Positions 8,054 to 15,909 of a stretch of 42,065 bases of DNA are shown piece after piece. Under the pieces are notes generated by a model. It saw only the letters and a list, made by a program, of their open reading frames with translations, did not search any database and had not been told where the DNA came from. Location: contig CANKIK010000023.1 in the NCBI GenBank assembly GCA_947481985.1, positions 1 through 42,065 of the forward strand, given 5' to 3'. The DNA comes from Planctomycetaceae bacterium. Its GTDB lineage: Bacteria > Planctomycetota > Planctomycetia > Pirellulales > UBA1268. The position numbers and the translations under genes are program-made. Each line of letters opens with the position of its first letter. The first letter of the stretch is position 1.

Positions 8054-9400
8054 TCAGATGTCGGCCAGCCGCCCCGTGCTGTCGCCGAGTGACGGCACCG
8101 GGCAGCCGAGCCCGTCGAGCATTGCCAGGTAAAGATTCGTCAGCGGCGTCCCCTTGGGATGGACAACGTGACGGCCGGGCTGGAGCGCGCCACCACCACC
8201 ACCCGCCAGCAGGATCGGCAGGTCGTCGTGGTTGTGGCGATCGCCGTCGCCGATGCCGCTGCCGTAGAGCACCATACAGCGGTCGAGGAGGACGCCGTCC
8301 CCCTCTGGAGTGCGGGCGAGCTTCTCGAGCAGGTAGGCCAACTGCGTGACGTGGAACCGGTTGATGGACTGGATCTTTGACTGCTTGGCGCCATCCCTGC
8401 CATGGTGGGAGAGATCGTGGTGGCCTTCCGGGACCCCGATGAAGGAGTAACTCTTGTTGCTCCCCTCGTTGGCGAAGACGAACGTCGAGACCCGCGTGGT
8501 GTCGGTGAGGAAGGCGAGCACGAGCATGTCGGCGAGGATCCGCAGGTGCTCCTCATAGCCCTCCGGTGCGCCATCCGGCCGCTGCATGGCAATCTCTGCG
8601 GATCGACTGCCGGAGAAGCGCTCCAATCGCTGCTCGAGTTCCCTGACGGCCGTAAAGTACTCGTCGAGTTTCCTCCGGTCAGCACTCCCCACGACCCGCT
8701 CCATGCCCTGGGCCTCCTCGCGGACATAGTCAAGGATGCTCCTGGAGTGGAGCTCCCGCTTCGCCCGGGCCTCGTCCGACTCACCCGGCCGACCGGCAGC
8801 AAACAGCCGGTCGAAGATGAGTTTTGGGTTGCTCTCCTTGGGGACCGACTGCGTGTCGCTCCGCCAGGCGATGTTCGCGGAATAGACGCAGCTGTAGCCG
8901 GAGTCGCAGTTGCCCGACTGCCCCCCTCCCTCGGTGCCGATCTCCAGCGACGGCAGCCGGGTGCGGCGCCCCAGATGGGCCGCGGCGAGTTGGTCGACCG
9001 AGACGCCAGCCCGGATGTCGGCTCCGGCGGTCTTGCGGGCCTGCATGCCGGTGAGGAACGTCGCCAGGGCGCGGGCGTGGTCGCCGGCGCCGTCGCCATT
9101 GGCTTCGGCCTTCTTCTGGGCCAGCCCCGAATGGATCGAGAACTTGCCATAGACGCCGCACAGTGGCTCGAGCGTCGCGGGGAGATCGAAACCCGCACCT
9201 TCGCAGGTGGGAGTCCAAGCATTCATGTGCTTGCCGTTGGGGACGTACAGAAATGCCGCCCGCAATGGCGAGAGGGACTGCTCCGCGCCGGCCGTGGCGG
9301 CGAGACTGGTGCGCACCGGCACCATGGCATCCAGGAGCGGCAATCCAACCGCCGTTCCGAGTCCCCGCAGGACGGTCCGACGCGACAATGGCTGCAGCAT
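8054..9400 (-). CDS. DUF1552 domain protein (Tat-signal secreted)
   Basis: ATG at 9398-9400 with GAGGA 8 nt upstream. N-terminus MLQPLSRRTVLRGLGTAVGLPLLDAM is a twin-arginine signal typical of DUF1552. Gene lies directly downstream of its usual DUF1592-family partner. Confidence 0.8.
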   Translation of the reverse strand: MLQPLSRRTVLRGLGTAVGLPLLDAMVPVRTSLAATAGAEQSLSPLRAAFLYVPNGKHMNAWTPTCEGAGFDLPATLEPLCGVYGKFSIHSGLAQKKAEANGDGAGDHARALATFLTGMQARKTAGADIRAGVSVDQLAAAHLGRRTRLPSLEIGTEGGGQSGNCDSGYSCVYSANIAWRSDTQSVPKESNPKLIFDRLFAAGRPGESDEARAKRELHSRSILDYVREEAQGMERVVGSADRRKLDEYFTAVRELEQRLERFSGSRSAEIAMQRPDGAPEGYEEHLRILADMLVLAFLTDTTRVSTFVFANEGSNKSYSFIGVPEGHHDLSHHGRDGAKQSKIQSINRFHVTQLAYLLEKLARTPEGDGVLLDRCMVLYGSGIGDGDRHNHDDLPILLAGGGGGALQPGRHVVHPKGTPLTNLYLAMLDGLGCPVPSLGDSTGRLADI

Positions 9401-9501
9401 GGCTTTGGTCCTCGTGAGCTCCGGCGCCGCTTCCTGCGGTCACCCTATGGTCGGATGGGTGGGGAGGGGAGTCAATCGCGGTCACGCCCCCCGCCCCACA
9501 G

Positions 9502-11748
9502 TTATCGGCCTTCTTCCGACTCCCGCTGGCGAAAAGCGGGGCTGGTGACGATCTGGCCGACGAGGACGGAGAACCGGTCACCCCCGGCAGCGGTGGCGGA
9601 GGCAATCCGCTCGACGGCGCAGGCGTCGTAATATTCAAGCCCCCGCCCCAAGGCGTAGGTGAGGAGTTTCTCGGTGAGACAGCGGCGGAACTCGTCCTGC
9701 CGCGAAAGCAGAACCTGACGGAGTTCGGCCGGCCCTGCGAACCGCCGGCCGTCTGGCAGTTCGCCGGAAGGATCGATCGCCACTCCCCCCTCCTCCGTCC
9801 GCCAACTGCCGATGGCGTCGTAGTTTTCCAGGCCGAAGCCGAGGGGATCCATCAGTTTGTGGCAGGCGGCGCAGGAGGGATTGCTGCGGTGCTGCTCCAT
9901 CCGCTGCCGGAGCGTGCCGGAGAGCGCCTCCTGCGACGAGGGGAGTTCGGGGACGTTCGGAGGGGGCGGGGGAGGGGGCGCCGCAAGGAGATTCTCGAGC
10001 ACCCAGCGGCCCCGCTTCACGGGGCTGGTGCGGGTGGGATTGCTCGTCACAGCGAGGATGCTTGCCTGGCCGAGGAGGCCGCCACGCTGCCCCCGATCGA
10101 CGCTCACGCGACGGAATTCCTCCCCAGTGATCCCCTCGATGGAATAGTGCTTCGCCAGCCGTTCATTGACGAACGTCGTGTCGGCATCGAGAAACTCGAG
10201 GATGCTTCGGTCCTCGTTGATGATGCCCCAGAAGAATTCCTCCGTCTCGCGGCGCATCGCCCCGCGCAGCGCCTCATCGAAGCCGGGGAACCGCTCCCGG
10301 TCCGGCGAGAAGCTCGCCAGCGTCCGCAATTGCAGCCACTGTCCGGCGAAGTTGTCGACCAGCGCCCGGGCCCGGGGATCGCGCAGCATCCGCTGCGTCT
10401 GGGCGGCGAGTTGCTCGTCGGTATGGAACTCTCCCCGCCCCGCCGCTGCGTCTAGCTCATCGTCGGGCATGCTGCTCCAGAGAAAATACGACAGCCGGGC
10501 CGCCAGTTCGTGGTCGTCGAGCCGACGCACCGCGCCGGGAGGTGGATCCTCCTCCACCAGAAACAGGAACGATGGCGAGACGAGCATCGCCGTCAGCGCC
10601 ACCTGCATCGACCGCTCCACCCCCTCGCCCTGGGCGCGCGCCGCGGCGAAGATGCCCGCCAGCCGATCGACCTCGGCGTCGTTGGCTGGCCGGCGGAAGG
10701 CGCGGGAGGCCAGGGGACGAAGATTGTCGGCCGCGAGGCGACGCTGCGCGGCGATGTCGAGCGTTGCCGGGATCGGCTTGGCAAACAAACGCCGATGGGA
10801 AGCCGGCAGAGTCTCGGGCACAACGCCGATCGGCCCGATGACCGACAGCGCCTCGACATGGAGATTGCGGTCCCGCTGTCGGGGATTCTCCGCTTCGGGG
10901 TGGTAGTAGTCGTTGAGAAAGGCCACGGCGAACCGCTGCCGACCGGCCGGCACCTTGATGCGGAATTCGTATTCCTTGGGATTGCGGGGCCGGTTGGGGA
11001 CATCCACAACCTGCTCCTCGCGGCCGGCGATCCGGAATCCCATCCGCACCGGATCGGGGCCGGCCTGGTCGCCGGAGGCGCGGGCCCGGAACAGGTATTC
11101 GCCCTCCGCCGGGAACTCAAAATCCTGGCCGATCTCCCCCTGCGAACCGAGCGTGCCCCCGCCACCTTTCTGCACGGGTGCATCGGCGAGTTCGCCGGTG
11201 ACGATCGCCGCCCGGGCCACTGTCTCCGCCGCCTCAAGCGCCCTCTCAAAAAGCACCGGAGGCATGGAGAGGACGTCGCCGATGTTGTCGAATCCGTAGC
11301 CGACGTCGTCGGTGGGAAAATCGTCCGCCACCCGCAGGTCGACCCCCAGCAGGTCGCGGATGGTGTGGTTGTATTCCGAACGGTTGAGACGGCGGAGTGT
11401 CACCCGTCCCGGCCGCTCCCCCTGGGAACAGTCCGGCGAGAGTGCAAACGAGCGGATCCAGTTGCCGATCAGCCGGCGTTCCTCGAGGGCCGGCTGCGGG
11501 GCATCCCCCGGCGGCATCACCCCCCCTTCCACCTGCCGCAGTGTCCGCTGCCAGAAGGGGCGGTCGACTGACTTCGCCACATCGCTCCGGCGGTCGTCCA
11601 GTCGCACGCCGGCCTGGGCATCGTCGGCGGAATGGCAGGAGACACAGTACGTCTGCAGGAGCGGTCGCACATCGCGGTCGAATTCCGCCGGATCGTCGGC
11701 CGCCGCCCGGGCGCAGCAAAGCACCATCCAGGCGCAGCAAAGCGTCAT
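9502..11748 (-). CDS. DUF1592/DUF1595/DUF1588/DUF1585/DUF1587 family protein with N-terminal cytochrome-c-like (CxxCH) module
   Basis: Motifs DPAEFDRDVRPLLQTYCVSCHS and RLNRSEYNHTIRDLLGVDL (DUF1587). Canonical partner of DUF1552. Start uncertain: chosen ATG 11746-11748 gives signal-like MTLCCAWMVLCCARAAA. The track ORF extends to 11958, and an ATG at 11880 is also possible. Confidence 0.75.
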   Translation of the reverse strand: MTLCCAWMVLCCARAAADDPAEFDRDVRPLLQTYCVSCHSADDAQAGVRLDDRRSDVAKSVDRPFWQRTLRQVEGGVMPPGDAPQPALEERRLIGNWIRSFALSPDCSQGERPGRVTLRRLNRSEYNHTIRDLLGVDLRVADDFPTDDVGYGFDNIGDVLSMPPVLFERALEAAETVARAAIVTGELADAPVQKGGGGTLGSQGEIGQDFEFPAEGEYLFRARASGDQAGPDPVRMGFRIAGREEQVVDVPNRPRNPKEYEFRIKVPAGRQRFAVAFLNDYYHPEAENPRQRDRNLHVEALSVIGPIGVVPETLPASHRRLFAKPIPATLDIAAQRRLAADNLRPLASRAFRRPANDAEVDRLAGIFAAARAQGEGVERSMQVALTAMLVSPSFLFLVEEDPPPGAVRRLDDHELAARLSYFLWSSMPDDELDAAAGRGEFHTDEQLAAQTQRMLRDPRARALVDNFAGQWLQLRTLASFSPDRERFPGFDEALRGAMRRETEEFFWGIINEDRSILEFLDADTTFVNERLAKHYSIEGITGEEFRRVSVDRGQRGGLLGQASILAVTSNPTRTSPVKRGRWVLENLLAAPPPPPPPNVPELPSSQEALSGTLRQRMEQHRSNPSCAACHKLMDPLGFGLENYDAIGSWRTEEGGVAIDPSGELPDGRRFAGPAELRQVLLSRQDEFRRCLTEKLLTYALGRGLEYYDACAVERIASATAAGGDRFSVLVGQIVTSPAFRQRESEEGR

Positions 11749-11963
11749 CAGGGCGCAGCACCACTCCGCCGGGAGCGCGACCACCAGTCGCCAGGTGCGC
11801 TTCCCCCCTCCTCCACTGCCTGCTCGCCACGGCCAAGCGTGGAGATCGGGAACGCGGCCGGTCGGCAGGAAGGGGGGCATGGCTGTCTCACTCACGGCGG
11901 ACCAGAGCCCAATTCTACCCTCCCGCCTCCGCCCGGAGCTCAGGCGGCACTCCACCACCTCCG

Positions 11964-13082
11964 TCAGGGCCGCTTTTCTGCCTCAGGCAATGCCGCGGGA
12001 GCTCCACTCCCCGGCGGTGCGAGCAACCGACCGATCCGCCGTCCGGGGGAGGTCATCGCCACGGCTGCCAGATCGGCGATCGTCACCCACTTCCGGTTTT
12101 CTGCGCGTGGCCCCAGCCGGGTTGCCTGGCAGACAGCCACCGTCAGGTCGATGCGATGATGCGTGACGGTATAGGTGAGTCTGCCGATCGTCCGGCGGCG
12201 ACCGCAGCCGAGCGGCCTGAGCAGACTCCGCGCCGGCAGGCGAGGAAAATCCCACAGTCCCTCCCACCACTCTCCCGGCGCCCGCTGCACCAGCAACACC
12301 CGTTGGCCCCGCCGGGCCACCAGCGCCGTCTCCGTCCGCACCACCGTCGCCCGCCGCGCCGTCTTGGCCGGGATCACCGCGGTCCGCACGGTGCGGTGGG
12401 CGTCACAGTGGTCGGCCAGCGGACAGCGGGTGCACAGCGGCTCCCGAGGCGTGCACACCAGCGCCCCCAGATCCATCAGGGCTTGGTTCCAGCGGCCTGC
12501 GGCAGAATGCGGCAGCAACGCCAAGGCGATCCCCCAGATAGCGGCATCGCCGCCGGTGCCGCCCAGCGGATCGCTGTAACCAGCCAACCGCGCGAGCACC
12601 CGTCGCGAGTTGGCCTCCACAATCGGCTCCGGTTGATCGAAGGCGATCGAGAGGATGGCACCTGCGGTGTAGCGGCCGATCCCCGGGAGAGCACGCAACG
12701 CATCGATCGATGCCGGCAAGCGGCCGTCGTGATCGGTGACGATCCGTCGCGCCGCCGCCTGCAGTTGGCGGGCACGCCGGTAGTAGCCGAGTCCCTCCCA
12801 GGCATGAAGGACGTCGGCCTCAGACGCCGCGGCCAGATCAGCCACCGTGGGGAACTGCCCGAGGAACCTCTGAAAATACCCGACGACCCGCTCCACCTGG
12901 GTCTGCTGGAGCATCACCTCACTGACCCAGGTCCGGTACGGATCCCTCCCCCGGCGCCAGGGAAGATCGCGACCGACACGGTCGTACCACGCCAACAGTT
13001 CCCGGGTCACGTCGGCCCTGCCTGCCAGCAGACTGGCGGGCAGGGGACCATCCGGCGACGACCTCAATGCGACCTTCGCCAT
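11964..13082 (-). CDS. mutY: A/G-specific adenine DNA glycosylase
   Basis: Start MAKVALRSS.. at ATG 13080-13082. HhH-GPD fold (VSEVMLQQTQVERV..LPGIGRYTAGAI) and 4Fe-4S cluster loop CTPREPLCTRCPLADHC. 372 aa. The track ORF to 14117 is N-terminal junk overlapping other genes. Confidence 0.9.
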   Translation of the reverse strand: MAKVALRSSPDGPLPASLLAGRADVTRELLAWYDRVGRDLPWRRGRDPYRTWVSEVMLQQTQVERVVGYFQRFLGQFPTVADLAAASEADVLHAWEGLGYYRRARQLQAAARRIVTDHDGRLPASIDALRALPGIGRYTAGAILSIAFDQPEPIVEANSRRVLARLAGYSDPLGGTGGDAAIWGIALALLPHSAAGRWNQALMDLGALVCTPREPLCTRCPLADHCDAHRTVRTAVIPAKTARRATVVRTETALVARRGQRVLLVQRAPGEWWEGLWDFPRLPARSLLRPLGCGRRRTIGRLTYTVTHHRIDLTVAVCQATRLGPRAENRKWVTIADLAAVAMTSPGRRIGRLLAPPGSGAPAALPEAEKRP

Positions 13083-13553
13083 GACCCCTTGCCAACAGGT
13101 TTTCGTTCCGTTCCAACCAATGGCGCCGCGGAAGCGCCTGTGGGGAAGTGTACCCCTGTGGGCCAAAGCGTACCCTGTCCCCTTCGACTCTCCGGCTCCA
13201 CCATGCCCGCATCTGACGACCCGCCCGGCTCCGGCGAGACTCCGCCCGGATCTGGACAAGCGCCTCGCCGCCGGCGCAGCGCCACCTCCGCCCGCCCCGG
13301 AAAACGCGATCCGGCGGGAAGTCGGCCGGCAAAGCGCGCAGCCACCGACAAGGGACTGCGCGTCGCCCTCTTCGTCCCTCCGACGAGCGGTAGTACAGAA
13401 CTCGATTCCCCCCAGGACGATCTCCCGGCCGGTGGGACAGCAGCCGTCCCTTGCGGAGTTGCCGGAGTGCCGCTGCCCGCCGGAGCCCTCTACGAGTTCG
13501 TCCACCCGCGGTGTGCGCGGCGGCGGCAGGAGGATATTGAAGAGGTAGAGGCA

Positions 13554-13943
13554 ATGGTGGAATCGGGCGAAGCCGACGTGGCCCGCGACGAACTGGTGTG
13601 GTTGCTCTCCGAGTGCCCCGACTTCCTCGAAGCCCACCTCCACCTCGGACTCCTGGCTCTGGAGGAAGACGATCCGAAACTCGCCCGCGGCCACTTCGGC
13701 CGTGCCGTCGAGCTCGGATTCCGCGCCGTCGAGGCGGCCGGGAATCCCCGGCCGCTGCCCTACACACTCCCCGGCAATCGGGTGTTCTTCGAGGCGGCAA
13801 AAGGGCTGATCCATGCACTGATGGAGACCGGACGGCGCGGCATGGCCCAGGACACCGCCCGGAAGGTGGTGGCCCTCGACCCTTCCGATCCGCTCGGGCT
13901 TTCCAGGCTGGCGGCAGCCCCGCCGGGAGGTACCGATGGCTGA
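13554..13943 (+). CDS. hypothetical small protein (helical/TPR-like), translationally coupled to tmk
   Basis: ATG 13554 preceded by GGCAGGAGGATATTGAAGAGG. Stop TGA 13941-13943 overlaps the tmk start (ATGGCTGA). Sequence MVESGEADVARDELVWLLSECPDFLEAHLHLGLLALEED.. An in-frame ATG at 13203 would add a basic, low-complexity N-terminal extension; this is undecided. Confidence 0.5.
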   Translation: MVESGEADVARDELVWLLSECPDFLEAHLHLGLLALEEDDPKLARGHFGRAVELGFRAVEAAGNPRPLPYTLPGNRVFFEAAKGLIHALMETGRRGMAQDTARKVVALDPSDPLGLSRLAAAPPGGTDG

Positions 13944-14586
13944 TGGGAAAAGTTCCCTCTCCGCCAGGACCAGTAACGCACGGTTCATCGTCCTTGAGGG
14001 GATCGACGGTTCCGGCAAGTCGTCGCAGGTCGGAGGGCTCGGAAACTGGTTGCGCGGCCAAGGGAAGTCGGTCGTCGTCTGCCGCGACCCCGGTGCCACT
14101 CCCGCCGGTGACGCCATCCGCCAGATCCTCCTTCATCGCCGGGAGATCGATCTGGCTGCAACTACAGAGATGCTTCTCTACATGGCTGCCAGAGCGCAGC
14201 TCGTGGCCGACGTGATCGCGCCGGCGCTGGCCCGGGGGGAGTGGGTGATATCGGATCGGTTTCTGCCGGCCAACATCGTCTACCAGGGGCATGCCGGCAG
14301 CCTCGATCCTGAGGTGATCCGGAGGGTGGGCGAGGTGGCCACCAACGGCATCGAGCCCGATCTCGTGCTGATCCTCGACATTGATCCCGCCCAGGCCGCC
14401 CTCCGTATTGACCGGGAACTGGACCGCTTGGAGAGCCGGGGAGACGACTACCGCCGTCGGCTCCGGGACGGGTATCTGCGCGAGGCCGCCGCCGCCCCGG
14501 GCAGATATGTCACGATCGACGCCTCGAGCGGAATCGACGATGTCGGTCGGGCAATCCGCGACGCGGTCGCGAAGCACTGTTTCTGA
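13936..14586 (+). CDS. tmk: thymidylate kinase
   Basis: FIVLEGIDGSGKSSQ P-loop, DR(F/Y) motif and lid region. 216 aa. Classic tmk-holB synteny. Confidence 0.93.
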   Translation: MADGKSSLSARTSNARFIVLEGIDGSGKSSQVGGLGNWLRGQGKSVVVCRDPGATPAGDAIRQILLHRREIDLAATTEMLLYMAARAQLVADVIAPALARGEWVISDRFLPANIVYQGHAGSLDPEVIRRVGEVATNGIEPDLVLILDIDPAQAALRIDRELDRLESRGDDYRRRLRDGYLREAAAAPGRYVTIDASSGIDDVGRAIRDAVAKHCF

Positions 14587-14612
14587 CGACAACCTCCCGG
14601 GGCAAGCACGCG

Positions 14613-15719
14613 ATGGCATGGCAGGGCATCGAGGGGCATGACGATGTCGTCGCCCGGTTCGTGGCCGCCGCATCCAGGGGCCGCATCGCAGGCGCGTTCC
14701 TGTTCATCGGCCCCGACGGAGTAGGGAAAGGACTGTTCGCCAGAACGCTTGCCAAAGCGCTGGTCTGCCCTGCGCCACGGCCGGGGCTCGAGCCGTGCGG
14801 CAACTGTCCGTCGTGCATCCAGGCCTCCGCAGGCAGCCATCCAGACATCGACGTCGTCGAGAAACCCGAAGACCGGGCGACGATTCCCCTGGAGGTGTTT
14901 ATCGGCGACCGTGAACACCGGATGCGTGAAGGACTCTGCTGGCGGATTCTCCTCGCGCCAGCACTTGGCCGGCGGAAGGTGGCGATCATCCTCGACGCGG
15001 ATCACCTCTCCGATGAGGCGGCTAATTGCTTGCTAAAAACGCTCGAAGAGCCCCCTGACTCTTCCGCCATCATCCTTGTGGGGACGGCTCTGGAACGACA
15101 GCTGCCGACGATCCGCTCCCGTTGTCAGATCATTCGCTTTGCGCCACTCGAAAGCGGCACCGTCGCCACCATCCTCCGCCGTGACATCGCCTCCGGAGCA
15201 ATCGAGGCTGCCGGTATCGACGATGCCACCATCGACAGCTGTGCCGCCCGCAGCGGCGGCAGTCTCTCCCGGGCACGCCTGCTCCTCGACCCCCACCTGG
15301 CCGGATTCCGCGCCCGCCTCCTCGACATGCTCTCCCACCGGCCACTGCACGGCGTCGACCTGGCCCGGGAAGTGCAACAGCTCGTTGAGGCGGCTGGGAA
15401 GGATGCCCCACCCCGGCGGGCCCGGTTGCGGGTCGTCCTCGGGGCAGCCCTCGACTTCTTCCGTGCGTCATTGCGAAGCAGCGCGGGCTCCGCGGACGCC
15501 GGACGGGATGGCGAACGACAGCCGACTGCCGATCCGGAGTTGCAGCACGCCGTGGCAAGTTGGGGGGGAAGCGCCGAACAGGCTACGGTCGGAATCCGCT
15601 GCACGCTCGACGCCCTCGACGGGATCGAGCGCAACGCCCACCTTCCCACGCTCGTCGATGCCTGGACGGTTCATCTGGAGCCAGCCGCTCCCCCGGCCCC
15701 CCCCGGCAAAGGCCGCTGA
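14613..15719 (+). CDS. holB: DNA polymerase III delta' subunit
   Basis: AAA+ clamp-loader motifs FLFIGPDGVGKGLFA, CGNCPSCIQ zinc module, ILDADHL, SRC motif TIRSRCQ. Located directly after tmk. Confidence 0.88.
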   Translation: MAWQGIEGHDDVVARFVAAASRGRIAGAFLFIGPDGVGKGLFARTLAKALVCPAPRPGLEPCGNCPSCIQASAGSHPDIDVVEKPEDRATIPLEVFIGDREHRMREGLCWRILLAPALGRRKVAIILDADHLSDEAANCLLKTLEEPPDSSAIILVGTALERQLPTIRSRCQIIRFAPLESGTVATILRRDIASGAIEAAGIDDATIDSCAARSGGSLSRARLLLDPHLAGFRARLLDMLSHRPLHGVDLAREVQQLVEAAGKDAPPRRARLRVVLGAALDFFRASLRSSAGSADAGRDGERQPTADPELQHAVASWGGSAEQATVGIRCTLDALDGIERNAHLPTLVDAWTVHLEPAAPPAPPGKGR

Positions 15720-15909
15720 TCTTTGACGTTGCCCCAGAGGTGGCAATGCGGAGGAAATGGGAGACCTGCACGGATGACGGAATATGCCGGCATCGTCCCG
15801 TGCAGATCGATTTTTCCCACCATGCCTGTCGATCCAACCGGGAGGAACGTGCGGGGACTGGAAGGGCCAGTCCCTGGAGGCGTTCGCCGCCTGGAAAAGT
15901 TGGATCGGC

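Noticed and set aside
11397-13553. N-terminal ~700 aa of the 848-aa plus-strand ORF
   Set aside because: Antisense to the DUF1592-family gene and mutY. The translation is Arg/Pro/Gly-rich junk. Only the last ~130 codons (13554-13943), with their own SD and coupling to tmk, look like a real gene.
12919-14673. 584-aa minus-strand ORF
   Set aside because: Antisense to tmk, the small coupled ORF and the mutY 5' end. Arg-rich low-complexity translation with no motifs.
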